Positions 18,050-28,849 of a DNA stretch of 64,000 bases are shown one piece after another. The notes beneath the pieces were generated by a model, which was not told the DNA's origin, searched no databases, and saw nothing but the letters and a program-made list of their open reading frames with translations. Position numbers and translations under genes: made by a program. Positions within the stretch are counted from its first letter, which is position 1. Every line of letters begins with the position of its first letter. The stretch comes from Alphaproteobacteria bacterium (GTDB lineage Bacteria; Pseudomonadota; Alphaproteobacteria; UBA2966): positions 800,001 through 864,000 of the forward strand of contig OZ219858.1 in NCBI GenBank assembly GCA_964291395.2, given 5' to 3'.

Positions 18050-18817
18050 GTGACTGACAAAGACCTTTCAGGGCGTGTCGCTCTGGTGACAGGCGGCTCG
18101 CGGGGCATCGGCCGCGCGATCTGCCGGCGGCTCGCGCGGGCCGGTGCATGGGTGGCAATCAACCACTCGTCGAGCGACGAGGCCGCAGCGGAAACGCTAG
18201 CGCTGATCAGGGCCGGCGGCGGCGAAGGAGGCGTTTACAGGGCCGATGTATCGTCGTTTGAGGCGACCGATGCGATGTTCCAGAGCATCGAGGCCGACAA
18301 AGGCCCCGTCGATCTTCTGGTCACCAACGCCGGGATCGCCTCGTTTCAGGACGATGTCGACATGCCCGTCGATCTCTGGCGCCGCATCCTGTCCGTGAAT
18401 CTGGACGGCACGTTTCACTGCGTGTGGCGCGCCAAGGAGGGCATGCTGGCCCGCGGCGACGGGCGTATCGTCTGCATCTCCTCGGCCAACGGCCTGGCGC
18501 CGTCCAAGATCCGGCCGGACAGGCTGATCGCCTACGGCACGTCGAAATCCGCCGTCATCGGGTTCTCGCGCAACTGCGCGACCGCGTTGGGCCCCGCGAT
18601 CCGCGTCAACTGCGTCGCGCCGGGTCTGATCGACACGGATATGACAAGCGGCATGAGCGACGAGATGCGCCAGCGCATCATCGCGAGCACTCCCGCGGGC
18701 CGGACCGGCACGCCGGATGACATCGCCGGGCTCACCTACTTCTTGCTCAGCGACGCCGCAAGCTTCATCACAGGCCAAACCTATGTCGCCTCCGGCGGAC
18801 TGGTCACACTACCCTGA
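18050..18817 (+). CDS. SDR family oxidoreductase (FabG-like)
   Basis: TGGSRGIG, NAG, YGTSK, VNCVAPG. Confidence 0.92.
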   Translation: MTDKDLSGRVALVTGGSRGIGRAICRRLARAGAWVAINHSSSDEAAAETLALIRAGGGEGGVYRADVSSFEATDAMFQSIEADKGPVDLLVTNAGIASFQDDVDMPVDLWRRILSVNLDGTFHCVWRAKEGMLARGDGRIVCISSANGLAPSKIRPDRLIAYGTSKSAVIGFSRNCATALGPAIRVNCVAPGLIDTDMTSGMSDEMRQRIIASTPAGRTGTPDDIAGLTYFLLSDAASFITGQTYVASGGLVTLP

Positions 18818-18940
18818 CGTGTTTGAGGGCTTCCCTTTTTCAGAGTTCGTTTGCCGGGATAACGTTTCCCTTCGATCACGATAAACGTCGGCAAACCCAT
18901 GGTACACGCACCGGGAACGGTCGACCGGCCGGCCCAAGGG

Positions 18941-19220
18941 CTAGTGAGCCTGCGCCGCGACCGCCGCGACGCGAGACGAGTTGACACGCAGATAGACGGC
19001 CATCAGCGCCGGGACGAGCAATATCAGTATCGCTGTCGCATGATGCCGACACCGAGCGACGCGGCGAAGGGGACAAGGAACTGGCCTGAATGGCCCGTTC
19101 GAGAATGAGGGGCGAAACCGAGGAAGGTGGTAAGCGAGGTCAGGGCGATGGGGCGAAAACGCGCCTCGGCGCCTTCGACGATGGCCGCCCCCGCGCCCAC
19201 CACCGCGCGGTTGATCCGTC
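18941..19220 (-). pseudogene. C-terminal remnant of an RND (AcrB-family) permease
   Basis: AIVEGAEARFRPIALTSLTTFLGFAP...QFLVPFAASLGVGI, then a frameshift to ATAILILLVPALMAVY. Confidence 0.75.
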
Positions 19221-19221
19221 G

Positions 19222-19350
19222 CGAACCGCAGCGCATCGACGACGAAGCCTTCGTGACCGGTGCTCTCCAGGATGGGCAGTTGGTGGTTACCGGCGGCATT
19301 CAGTTTGTCACGGAAGGCATGGTCGTACGAACCGGAGCCGACACTGCGGG
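19222..19350 (+). pseudogene. C-terminal remnant of an RND membrane fusion protein
   Basis: QRIDDEAFVTGALQDGQLVVTGGIQFVTEGMVVR resembles MFP C-termini. Confidence 0.6.
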
Positions 19351-19356
19351 ACGAAT

Positions 19357-20430
19357 TCAAGCGAGAAGTCGCGGGGAGAAGCCCGCGGGCCGATCGTCAT
19401 CCCGGCGGTCTGGATAGAACTGTTCGCAATAGCGCCGATACCTCCCGATTTCGCCGTCGGAGCCGCTCAGACGGGGACGGGGTCGATACCGCTTCCGGCT
19501 CCATATCACGACGTCCTGCAACACGTCCCGCTTTTGCGCGGCCATGGTGATTTTCCTCATGATCGTGGTGCGCAGGCGCGGAGGAAGGAATCGCATACCG
19601 ACGATGGGCCGTTTCGGTGCGCGGATTTCCCGCACCTGCCCGACCAGCACCATTTCGATGAGCGTACCGTCCACGGGCGTTGCGAGCACCCACAGACGTG
19701 TTTCCATGTCGAAAAAACGTTCGTGAACCTCGACGAACGAATAGCCCAGCCCGTACACGTGGGTCACGGCGGAGACATCGTACGCAAAGCTGGCGATTCC
19801 GGCGATAGTCTGGGTTCGCTTGAAATCGAAACAGCTTCTTAAATAGACGCCGTCCACCGACATGGTTCCTACCCGGTTCACGCCGCCGTAGCCGTGCACG
19901 TACCGCAGGTGCGCGAGGTCCACGGCGTTCTCGGTCGTTTCCTGGGGATGGCCGGGGAACTGGACCGTCCAGAATTCCATTTCGCCCCAGTCGGCCCCGC
20001 CCGGCGGATCTTTGGGAAGGCTCCATTGCGGAGGCCGCCCGCCGCTTCCCCACCAAGCGAAAACCAGGCCGAGAATCTCCCGTGTCTGGAACACCTTCAG
20101 TCTGGCTGCTCGGGGTGCCGGGGCAAAGGGCGTGGCGACGCATTGGCCGGTTGCATCGTATTCGAATCCGTGGAACGGGCAGACCAGGCGGCCGTTGCGT
20201 ACTTTCCCCCCCGCTTCCGGGCCCAGCTCGGCACCCAGATGCGCACATACCGCCTCTGCCACGCAGACGCGCCCCTCTTCGTCGCACCAGGCGACGACTT
20301 GCCGACCCAGCCAGCATTTCTGGATCAGCTTCCGCTTCGATATCGCTTGACGACTGGCGACGAAATACCAGCCTTCGGGAAACGGAGAAAGCGAGGAGAG
20401 GTCATCACTCTCGCTTTGACTTGCCTGCAT
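19357..20430 (-). CDS. Rieske non-heme iron oxygenase, Neverland/KshA-like
   Basis: CAHLG...CPFHG Rieske site, ENAVDLAHLRYVH mononuclear Fe site, C-terminal QDVVIWSRK...DGEIGRYRRYCEQFY. Confidence 0.85.
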   Translation of the reverse strand: MQASQSESDDLSSLSPFPEGWYFVASRQAISKRKLIQKCWLGRQVVAWCDEEGRVCVAEAVCAHLGAELGPEAGGKVRNGRLVCPFHGFEYDATGQCVATPFAPAPRAARLKVFQTREILGLVFAWWGSGGRPPQWSLPKDPPGGADWGEMEFWTVQFPGHPQETTENAVDLAHLRYVHGYGGVNRVGTMSVDGVYLRSCFDFKRTQTIAGIASFAYDVSAVTHVYGLGYSFVEVHERFFDMETRLWVLATPVDGTLIEMVLVGQVREIRAPKRPIVGMRFLPPRLRTTIMRKITMAAQKRDVLQDVVIWSRKRYRPRPRLSGSDGEIGRYRRYCEQFYPDRRDDDRPAGFSPRLLA

Positions 20431-20653
20431 TTCTCGCCGGCATCCCTTGTTCTGACGGCCACGAGTCCGCCCGGGTCGGGCAGCCGACGCGAAAGTACCA
20501 GAATGCTGCTGTTCGCGGTATCGGGAGATGCAGGAAGCGGTACTCTGCCGGGGGCGGCGATTCCAGCATTTTTGCAGCGCCGACAACGGTCCATGTGGCA
20601 CGATAGCGCCGATATCGTCCTCACTCCCATTCCTTCAAGAGGCAACACCCGAC

Positions 20654-21097
20654 ATGGAACAAGCGCCCTACATCACCCTCGATCAGTGTCAGGCCGCCAT
20701 GGCCGCCATGCTCGAAGCCGCGCGGAAGAAGCCCGAGCATCCCGTGGCCATGGCCATCGTCGACGACGGCGGCGTTCTGCTCGCCTACCAGCAGATGGAC
20801 CGGTTGCGCATGTTCACCCGCACCCACGCCATCCGCAAGGCCTACACGGCGGCGATCACCGGCATGAACAGCGGTGCGCACGGCGAGTGGATGGCCGAGC
20901 GCGGGCTCACCGTTCGGGAGCTCGGCGGCGATCTTCAACTCACCCCGGGCTTCGGCGGCGTGGTGGTACGCTCGAGCATCCATGATCCGGACGATTTCCA
21001 CACCAATGTCATGGGCGGGATCGGCGTTGGCGGCTACCTTTCCGGCAAGGAGGACGAGGAGCTCGCCCTGATCGGGCTCAAGGCGATGAACGCATAG
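20654..21097 (+). CDS. GlcG/HbpS family heme-binding protein
   Basis: AIVDDGG, AIRKAYTA, FGGVVV, GGIGVGG. Confidence 0.85.
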   Translation: MEQAPYITLDQCQAAMAAMLEAARKKPEHPVAMAIVDDGGVLLAYQQMDRLRMFTRTHAIRKAYTAAITGMNSGAHGEWMAERGLTVRELGGDLQLTPGFGGVVVRSSIHDPDDFHTNVMGGIGVGGYLSGKEDEELALIGLKAMNA

Positions 21098-21341
21098 CCG
21101 GTGCGACGGGTGCGCCGCGGAGTCCAAGCAGCCGGTTGAAACGTAAGGACTTATCGGGAATCTGCCGGAAATTCGCACCCCCCAGACATCATGCGAATTG
21201 CGCGAACTTCCTCGATTGTTAACGAGCCGCGAGCCGCGCTATGTTTGGCGGAGGGACCGCCGTGCGGGTAGCGTGGAGGCAGACCTCACCGGCCGACGCT
21301 TCGGCGGCCCCGACGCACTCCACCAGGGAGGTGACGGGATC

Positions 21342-22811
21342 ATGTCATCAGGTTTGAGCGCCGCGGAGATCCGCGGGAAATTCGATCATCCGGTCATCGA
21401 CGCGGACGGGCATATCGTCGAAATCGCTCCGGTCTACGAGGAATACATTGCCAAGGCGGCCGGGCCGGAGGTCCGCGACCGCGCGGTCGACAGCATGAAG
21501 GCCCCCCTCCGCCTCTGGTATGACCTGAGCGAGGAGGAGCGCTTCCAGCGCCATCTCACCCGCCCGCCGTTCTGGGTGCATCCGGCGTCCAACAGCTACG
21601 ACCTGGCCACCGCCGTGCTGCCGAGCCTCATGCGTGCGCGCATGGACGAGATCGGCGTCGACCTCAGCATCGTCTACCCGACCTTCGGGCTGCAGGTGCC
21701 CCGTATCCAGGACGACGAGATCCGCCGCGCCATGTGCCGGGCGCTGAACCTCATGCATCACGAGCTGTTCTCGGATCACGCCGATCGCCTGATCCCGGCG
21801 GCGACGATCCCGATGCAGACTCCCGACGAGGCGCTCGACGAGATCAGGTACGCCTGCGACGAGCTCGGCTACAAGGTGGTCATGCTCCAGGGCATCGTCC
21901 GCCGGCCGTTCCTCGACCAGGACGGCAAGCCCGTGCCCGGCAACCCGGTGTGGGTCGACCCCCTGGGCATCGACAGCCTCTACGACTACGACCCGCTGTG
22001 GCAGGCGCTGGTCGACCGGGGCATCCCGGCGAACATGCACACGGGCGCCATGAGCGTCGGCATGCGCGCCTCGCCGAGCAACTACGTCTACAACCACATC
22101 GGTCACTTCGCCTCGGCGCACGAGGCCTGCTGCAAGGCCCTGCTGCTCGGCGGCGTGACCCGGCGGTTTCCGGAGCTGGCCTTCGGATTCCTGGAGGGCG
22201 GCGTGGGTTGGGCGACGACGCTCTACGGCGACCTCATCGCCCATTGGGAGAAGCGCAACGGCGACGCCATCCAGGACCTGAATCCGAAGACCATAGATTT
22301 CGCGCGCTTCCGCGAGCTCTGCGACGAATATGCCGTGCCGGACCATCGCGCCGCGCTGGAGCCCTTCACCGAGAACTGCCACTGGTTCTTCGCCGCCGAT
22401 CTCGAGCAGGCGCCCGAGGCCGAGGACGAATGGGCCAAGAGCGGCATCCGCACCGACGAGGACTTCGCCAGGATCTTCTCCCGTCATTTCTACTTCGGCT
22501 GCGAGGCCGACGACCGGGCCGTCGCCGGCGCCTTCAACACCAAGGCCAATCCGTTCGGCGCCCGCCTCAACGCGCTGTTCAGCTCCGACATCGGCCACTG
22601 GGACGTGCCCGACATCGCCGGGGTGCTGGCCGAGGCCTACGAGCTGGTCGACGACGAGTTGATCGACGAAGCCGATTTCCGGGACTTCGTGTTCACGAAC
22701 ACGGTCCGCCTGCAGACCCTGAACCGGCCCGACTTCTTCGAGGGCACCGCCGTCGAGGATGCGGTGAACGAGTTTCTGGCGGCGGAGTCCCGGGCTCAGG
22801 CCGCGGAATAG
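21342..22811 (+). CDS. Amidohydrolase family (Amidohydro_2) protein
   Basis: VIDADGH, YDPLW, FLEGGVGW, FGCEADD, FSSDIGHWD. Confidence 0.85.
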   Translation: MSSGLSAAEIRGKFDHPVIDADGHIVEIAPVYEEYIAKAAGPEVRDRAVDSMKAPLRLWYDLSEEERFQRHLTRPPFWVHPASNSYDLATAVLPSLMRARMDEIGVDLSIVYPTFGLQVPRIQDDEIRRAMCRALNLMHHELFSDHADRLIPAATIPMQTPDEALDEIRYACDELGYKVVMLQGIVRRPFLDQDGKPVPGNPVWVDPLGIDSLYDYDPLWQALVDRGIPANMHTGAMSVGMRASPSNYVYNHIGHFASAHEACCKALLLGGVTRRFPELAFGFLEGGVGWATTLYGDLIAHWEKRNGDAIQDLNPKTIDFARFRELCDEYAVPDHRAALEPFTENCHWFFAADLEQAPEAEDEWAKSGIRTDEDFARIFSRHFYFGCEADDRAVAGAFNTKANPFGARLNALFSSDIGHWDVPDIAGVLAEAYELVDDELIDEADFRDFVFTNTVRLQTLNRPDFFEGTAVEDAVNEFLAAESRAQAAE

Positions 22812-22846
22812 AGCCGACGGTCGACTCGTCCCGATCCGATGGGACC

Positions 22847-23491
22847 ATGAAGCTCTACAACACGTACATCTCGTCCGCGAGCTACCGCGTCCGCATCGCC
22901 CTGAACCTCAAGGGGTTGGAGTACGAGTTCGTCAGCGTGAACCCGTTCAAGGGCGACAACCTCAAGCCCGAGTATCTGGCGGTGAACCCGCAGGGCGTGG
23001 TGCCGACCCTGGTCGACGGCCGTCACACGTTGACCCAGAGCCTAGCGATCATCGAGTACCTCGAGGAGACCCGCCCCGATCCGCCGCTGCTGCCGACGGA
23101 CCCGCTGGGGCGGGCCCGGGTGCGGGCGCTGGCGCTCGTGCCCGCCTGCGAGATGCATCCCATCAACACGCCCCGCGTCCGGAAGCATCTCACCAACGAT
23201 CTCGGCCTCGACCAGGAGACGTCGATCGCCTGGGGCGGTCACTGGAACGGGCTGGGATTCGGCACCCTGGAGGCCCTGCTCAACGACAGTCCACACACCG
23301 GCACGTTCTGCCACGGCGACAGCCCGACCCTGGCCGATCTCTGCCTCGTGCCGCAACTCTTCGTCGCGCGGATCGTGCAGACCGACGTCTCGTCCTATCC
23401 GACGCTGCTCAGGATCGAGGAGGCTTGCCTAGCGTTGCCCGAGTTTCGGGCCGCCATGCCCGAGAACCAGCCGGATTCACCTTCCTCCTGA
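22847..23491 (+). CDS. maiA: Maleylacetoacetate isomerase (GST zeta)
   Basis: [46 protein letters not shown]. Confidence 0.9.
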   Translation: MKLYNTYISSASYRVRIALNLKGLEYEFVSVNPFKGDNLKPEYLAVNPQGVVPTLVDGRHTLTQSLAIIEYLEETRPDPPLLPTDPLGRARVRALALVPACEMHPINTPRVRKHLTNDLGLDQETSIAWGGHWNGLGFGTLEALLNDSPHTGTFCHGDSPTLADLCLVPQLFVARIVQTDVSSYPTLLRIEEACLALPEFRAAMPENQPDSPSS

Positions 23492-23630
23492 CCCCCGCCT
23501 CTGTCGCCGGGAGCGGCCGACTCCGGATCTCGGCGGCGCCGAACGGCGTCACACGTTGGTCACAATGGCCGCGCATTTCTGTATGGTCCCCCGATCGGCA
23601 AACAAGGGATTCGTCGGGAAACGCGGTCGA

Positions 23631-24701
23631 ATGGCAACTCGCATCGGTATCAACGGCATGGGCCGCATCGGCCGCCTGGTGCTTCGCGCCATCCTGGGTG
23701 GGGTGCGGGACTACACGCTGCCCGGCTCCGAGCCCCTGGAGGTCGTGCACCTGAATGAGATCGCCGGCGACGCCGCGACGATCGCCCATCTGCTGGAGTT
23801 CGACAGCGTCCACGGCCGCTGGCGCGAACGCATCGCGTCGTCGGACCGGTCCGTCACCGTCGGCGGCGTCGAGATCGGACACTCGTCCGAAGCCGCGCCG
23901 GGCGACGTCGACTGGGGTGCGCTGGGAGTCGAGATGGTCCTCGAGTGCACGGGCAAATTCCGCACGCCCGCTTTGCTGGCGCCCTATTTCGAGAGGGACG
24001 TGAGCAAGGTGATCGTGGCCGCGCCGGTGAAGGAAGGCGCCCTGAACATCGTCATGGGGGTCAACGATCACCTCTACGACCCCGATCGGCACGACATCCT
24101 CACCGCCGCATCCTGCACGACCAACTGCCTGGCACCGGTGGTCAAGGTGATCCATGAAACCCTCGGCATCCGCCACGGCGTCATCACCACAATCCACGAC
24201 GTGACCAACACGCAGGTCGTCATCGACGCCCCGCACAAGGACTTGCGCCGGGCCCGATCGTCGCTGTCGTCGCTCATTCCGACGACCACGGGTTCGGCCA
24301 CGGCGATCGGCCTCATCTATCCCGAGCTCCGGGGCAAGCTGAACGGAATCGCCGTACGGGTGCCGCTTCTGAACGCCTCACTGACCGATTGCGTGTTCGA
24401 GGTGTCGACCCCGACCGCCGTCGACGAGGTGAACAGCCGGTTGCGCGAGGCGGCCGGCGGGCCGCTTTCCGGTATTCTGGGGTTCGAGGATCGGCCCCTG
24501 GTCTCGGCCGATTACGTGGACGACGTCCGGTCATCGATCGTCGACGGGCCGGCGACGATGGTGGTGGACGACACACAGGTGAAAATATTGGCCTGGTACG
24601 ACAACGAGATGGGCTACGCCTGCCGCATGGCCGAGCTGGCCGTGAAGGCCGCCGTCGGGCTCGCGGCGTCCGCAAGCCCGACGGCGGCGGCTGCGCAATG
24701 A
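23631..24701 (+). CDS. ArsJ-associated glyceraldehyde-3-phosphate dehydrogenase
   Basis: [38 protein letters not shown]; ATGA overlap with arsJ. Confidence 0.92.
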   Translation: MATRIGINGMGRIGRLVLRAILGGVRDYTLPGSEPLEVVHLNEIAGDAATIAHLLEFDSVHGRWRERIASSDRSVTVGGVEIGHSSEAAPGDVDWGALGVEMVLECTGKFRTPALLAPYFERDVSKVIVAAPVKEGALNIVMGVNDHLYDPDRHDILTAASCTTNCLAPVVKVIHETLGIRHGVITTIHDVTNTQVVIDAPHKDLRRARSSLSSLIPTTTGSATAIGLIYPELRGKLNGIAVRVPLLNASLTDCVFEVSTPTAVDEVNSRLREAAGGPLSGILGFEDRPLVSADYVDDVRSSIVDGPATMVVDDTQVKILAWYDNEMGYACRMAELAVKAAVGLAASASPTAAAAQ

Positions 24702-25954
24702 CGGATCTGCGCAACTACGCAGTGGTGACCGCGGCCTATTGGACGTTCACGCTGTCCGACGGCGCGTTGCGCATGCTCGTGCTGCTTCACTTCTACACGC
24801 TCGGATTCACACCCTTTCAGCTCGCCTTCCTGTTCCTGCTCTACGAGTTCTTCGGCGTCGTCACCAACCTGCTCGGCGGCTGGGTCGGTTCGCGGGTCGG
24901 CATCAAGGTCACGCTTTGCGCCGGGCTCGCCCTGCAGGTCCTGGCGCTGCTCATGCTCTCGGGTCTCGATGACCGTTGGGCGTTGCTGCTCTCCATCGCC
25001 TACGTCGTGGTGGCACAGGGACTCTCGGGCATCGCCAAGGATCTCACCAAGATGAGCTCCAAGAGCGCCATCAAGCTGGTCGTGCCCGAGGATGCCCATG
25101 GCGCGCTGTTCAAGTGGGTGGCGCTGCTCACCGGCTCGAAGAACGCCCTCAAGGGCGTCGGCTTCTTTCTCGGGGGTCTGCTCCTCGGGACCCTCGGCTT
25201 CGTCGCCGCGCTCTGGGCGATGGCGGCCGTTCTGGGGCTGGCGCTGGCCTCTACGGCGGGCATGCTGCCGGGGACCCTGGGCCAAGCCAAGGAGAAGGAG
25301 AAGTTCAGCCGAATCTTCTCCAAGACCCCGGAGATCAACCTGCTGTCGGGCGCGCGATTCTTTCTGTTCGGTGCCCGGGACGTGTGGTTCGTCGTCGGGG
25401 TCCCGATCTTTCTCTACGGAACGCTGAACTGGACCTTCACGCAGGTGGGGACGTTCCTCGCCGCGTGGGTCATCGGTTACGGCGTGGTTCAGGCGGCCGC
25501 GCCGGGGTTCGTGCGCCGGTCGGCGGACGGGCGGTCGGCCGAGACCCGGGCCGCGCGTCTGTGGGCGTTCGTGCTGGCGCTGGTCCCGATCGCTATGGTG
25601 CTGGTCCTGTCCCTGGAAGGCCGGGTCGGAGCCGCCTGGCCGGCGCCGGGGTGGACGATCATCGTCGGCCTGGGAGTTTTCGGGTTCGTCTTCGCGGTCA
25701 ATTCATCGGTGCACTCCTATCTGATCCTGGCGTACACCGAGTCGGACAACGTCGCCCTCAACGTCGGTTTCTACTATATGGCCAACGCGGGCGGACGTCT
25801 GGTCGGGACGTTGCTGTCGGGACTGACGTACCAGTTCGCGGGATTGACGGGATGCCTGCTGACGGCATCCGCCATGGTGGCGCTAAGCTGGCTGATCGCG
25901 CTCGCCCTGCCCGCCGCATCCGCCGACGTCGACGCCGCGGTGCCCGCGGACTGA
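24698..25954 (+). CDS. arsJ: Organoarsenical efflux MFS transporter ArsJ
   Basis: [56 protein letters not shown]. Confidence 0.93.
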   Translation: MTDLRNYAVVTAAYWTFTLSDGALRMLVLLHFYTLGFTPFQLAFLFLLYEFFGVVTNLLGGWVGSRVGIKVTLCAGLALQVLALLMLSGLDDRWALLLSIAYVVVAQGLSGIAKDLTKMSSKSAIKLVVPEDAHGALFKWVALLTGSKNALKGVGFFLGGLLLGTLGFVAALWAMAAVLGLALASTAGMLPGTLGQAKEKEKFSRIFSKTPEINLLSGARFFLFGARDVWFVVGVPIFLYGTLNWTFTQVGTFLAAWVIGYGVVQAAAPGFVRRSADGRSAETRAARLWAFVLALVPIAMVLVLSLEGRVGAAWPAPGWTIIVGLGVFGFVFAVNSSVHSYLILAYTESDNVALNVGFYYMANAGGRLVGTLLSGLTYQFAGLTGCLLTASAMVALSWLIALALPAASADVDAAVPAD

Positions 25955-26101
25955 TCGCCCACTCTCTCCAGACGACCGCTTCCCCCAAGAATCGACCGCG
26001 GTTTCCGGGCGCTGAAACGCCTCGGCAACCCACGCTATTATTCCCGCTGACGCGCCGCGGGCGTTGCGCTCTCCGGAGCGTCACCATGAGGGAGGAATTC
26101 G

Positions 26102-27139
26102 ATGATTTTCCGGCAGCTGTTCGATGCCACTTCGAGCACCTATACCTACATCCTGGCGAGCCGCCGGGGCGGCGAAGCCATGATCATCGATCCCGTCCTC
26201 GAACGGGTGGATCAGTACCTTCGCGTCCTCGACGAGCTCGGCTGCCGGCTCGTGAAAGCTGTGGACACCCACGTGCACGCGGACCACATCACGGGCCTCG
26301 GCGCGCTGCGGGACAAAACCCGGTGCATCACGGTCATGGGGGACCAGAGCTCGGCCGACGTCGTGTCCATGCGCGTTCGAGAAGGCGAGACCATCGACGT
26401 GGACGGGATATCACTGGAGGTGTTGTACACCCCGGGTCACACGGACGATTCCTACAGCTTCGTTCTGGACGATCGCGTCTTCACGGGAGACACGTTGCTC
26501 ATCCGAGGCACGGGCCGCACCGATTTCCAGCACGGGGATCCCCGCGCCCAATACGATTCCATCTTCAACAAGCTGCTGAAGCTTCCGGCCGAGACGCTGG
26601 TATATCCCGCACACGACTACAAGGGAGAGACGGTCAGCACCATCGGCGAGGAGGCGATTCACAACCCCCGACTGCAGGTGTCTTCCATCGAGGAATACGT
26701 CGACGTCATGAACGGATTGAACCTGGCCCACCCGAAGATGATCGACGTCGCGGTTCCGGCCAACCGGCAGATCGGCGCCCCGCAGGAAGACGACGAGGAT
26801 ACGTCCTGGGCGCTGACTCCCGGGGACGCGATGACCCTGATCGCCAAGCCCGACACGTTGCTGGTCGATCTCCGGGAGGACGTCGAGCGGACACGGGATG
26901 GTGTGATCCCCAATTCCGTCCGCGCGCCCTACAAGGCCCTCGACGACCTCGTCCGGCCCGGCGGCATGCTGCGTTACGAGACCGCCCAAGGCGGCAAGCG
27001 GATCGTCTTCTACTGCGCCTTCGGCGAGCGCTCCACGCTCGCCGTCAAGACCGCGCGAGAGGCCGGGCTCGACAACGTGTGCCACGTCGTCGGCGGCATC
27101 GATGCGTGGGCTTCCGCGGGCGGAACGCTCGAACGCTGA
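26102..27139 (+). CDS. Persulfide dioxygenase (ETHE1-like MBL) fused to rhodanese
   Basis: THVHADHITG, TPGHT, GTGRTDF, PAHDY; C-terminal VFYCAFGERS. Confidence 0.9.
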   Translation: MIFRQLFDATSSTYTYILASRRGGEAMIIDPVLERVDQYLRVLDELGCRLVKAVDTHVHADHITGLGALRDKTRCITVMGDQSSADVVSMRVREGETIDVDGISLEVLYTPGHTDDSYSFVLDDRVFTGDTLLIRGTGRTDFQHGDPRAQYDSIFNKLLKLPAETLVYPAHDYKGETVSTIGEEAIHNPRLQVSSIEEYVDVMNGLNLAHPKMIDVAVPANRQIGAPQEDDEDTSWALTPGDAMTLIAKPDTLLVDLREDVERTRDGVIPNSVRAPYKALDDLVRPGGMLRYETAQGGKRIVFYCAFGERSTLAVKTAREAGLDNVCHVVGGIDAWASAGGTLER

Positions 27140-27160
27140 TCGACCGCCGGGGGAAGCGGA

Positions 27161-27913
27161 TCAAAGCCCTCGCGCACACGGCCGAGGGCTCGAAGCAGGC
27201 GCGTCGACTGTCGCCGCGGCGCTGTCGGCCGACCCGCCGCCAATCCAAGTCCCGAGGAACTCGCGCGCCCAGCGCACGACGCCCGGCTCGTAGCGGCGCC
27301 GACCTCGCAGCTGCTCTTCCGGCGACTGAGCGCCGAGCCGCTTTTTCCAGGTGTCGCCGGACATCCAGCGGCGCTGGATCCCGTACGTCACTTCGGGATG
27401 GAACTGCAGCGCGTAAGCGTTGCCGAACCGATACGCCTGGTTCTCGAACCGCTCACTGCTGGCGAGGCGTTCCGCGCCACGGGGCAGATCCATGCCTTCG
27501 CGATGCCATTGATACATGTGGGTGACGCCCCCGAAGAGGGAAGCGCCCGCTTCCGTGGGCCGGACACGATAGTAGCCGACCTCGGACAGACCCTGCGGAT
27601 GAGTCCACACGGCGCCCCCGAGCGCGCGGGTGAGCAGTTGGGCGCCGAGGCAGATGCCGAGAAACGGCTTGTCCGAATCCAGGACCGTCGGAATCCAGTC
27701 GATCTCCGCACGGATGAAGTCGGTGTCGTCGTTGGCGCTCATCGGTCCGCCGAAGACGACCGCGCCCGCATGCCCGTCCATCGTCTGGGGGAGCGGGTCG
27801 CCCCCGCTGGGGCGCCGGATGTCGAGGTCGTGGCCCATCGCTCGGAGAATGCGCGCTACTCGGCCGGGATCGGATCTCCTTTGGTGGACGACGAGCAGTA
27901 CGGGATCGGCCAT
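27161..27913 (-). CDS. Type 1 glutamine amidotransferase
   Basis: FGGPMSAND, GICLGAQ, QWH, LQFHPE. Confidence 0.9.
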   Translation of the reverse strand: MADPVLLVVHQRRSDPGRVARILRAMGHDLDIRRPSGGDPLPQTMDGHAGAVVFGGPMSANDDTDFIRAEIDWIPTVLDSDKPFLGICLGAQLLTRALGGAVWTHPQGLSEVGYYRVRPTEAGASLFGGVTHMYQWHREGMDLPRGAERLASSERFENQAYRFGNAYALQFHPEVTYGIQRRWMSGDTWKKRLGAQSPEEQLRGRRRYEPGVVRWAREFLGTWIGGGSADSAAATVDAPASSPRPCARGL

Positions 27914-27962
27914 GGCGCCGAGACCATATAGGGCGAGGCGGACGGACCGCAACCTCTTCCAC

Positions 27963-28730
27963 TCATTGTGCCGTGACTCCGCCGTCGACGACGAATTCGG
28001 CGCCGGTGACGAACTTCGATTCATCGGAGGCGAGATAGACGATCATGTGCGCCACGTCGTCAGGCTCCCCGATTTCGCCGAGGGGAATCTGCCGCGCGAG
28101 CTTTTGGCGCGTCCGCTCGGGATCGTCCGACGCGTCGATCATCGACCGCACCATGGCCGTCTCGATGAAGGTGGGATGAACCGAGTTGCAGCGAATGCCG
28201 TAGCCTGCCCGCGCGCAGTGGAGCGCGACGGATTTGGTCAACAGGCGGACACCCCCCTTCGAGGAATTATAGGCCGCCAGGTTGTGACCGCCGATCAGCC
28301 CGGAAACCGACGACAGGTTGATGATCGACCCGCCGCCGCGCTTCATCACCTCGACCCCGTGCCGACAGCCGAGGAAGACTCCATCGAGATTCACGGCGTG
28401 GACGTGCCGCCACGCCGCGAGCGACAGCGACTCGACGTCCCCCAAGACCACCACGCCGGCATTGTTGACGAGCACGTCGAGCCGACCGAAGGCCTCCAGC
28501 GTGGCCTCCATGGCGCGGGACCAGTCTTCCGGTCGCGTGACGTCGAGCCGCTCGAAGCGCCCGGACGCGCCGATTTCCGAGGCAACGTCGTCTCCCGCCT
28601 CGTCCAGGATATCCGTGACCACGACCCGCGCGCCCTGTTCCGCCATACGGATAGCGGCGGCCCGGCCGAGGCCGGCGGCCGCGCCCGTCACCAGGGCGAC
28701 CTTGCCGTCGAGCCTGCCGGTCGAGGCCAT
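27963..28730 (-). CDS. SDR oxidoreductase (3beta-HSD/cyclopentanol dehydrogenase-like)
   Basis: TGAAAGLG, NNAG, YNSSK, LLTKSVALHCA..GYGIRCNSVHP. Confidence 0.9.
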   Translation of the reverse strand: MASTGRLDGKVALVTGAAAGLGRAAAIRMAEQGARVVVTDILDEAGDDVASEIGASGRFERLDVTRPEDWSRAMEATLEAFGRLDVLVNNAGVVVLGDVESLSLAAWRHVHAVNLDGVFLGCRHGVEVMKRGGGSIINLSSVSGLIGGHNLAAYNSSKGGVRLLTKSVALHCARAGYGIRCNSVHPTFIETAMVRSMIDASDDPERTRQKLARQIPLGEIGEPDDVAHMIVYLASDESKFVTGAEFVVDGGVTAQ

Positions 28731-28849
28731 GTCATGCCGTTCCGTACGACGTGCCGTTCATCGTCCAACTGTGCGGCTGTCGACCGGCGGGAATCAAGGG
28801 TGAATCCCTCTGGAGCACAGCACAGGGGCCGATCGACTCGCCGGAGCGG

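Noticed and set aside
21734-23491. 585-aa ORF suggesting a large MaiA fusion
   Set aside because: The upstream part is an off-frame overlap with the amidohydrolase; the real start is 22847.
24976-27525. 849-aa Arg/Gly/Pro-rich ORF and similar long alternative-frame ORFs
   Set aside because: Stop-poor shadow frames over well-supported genes.
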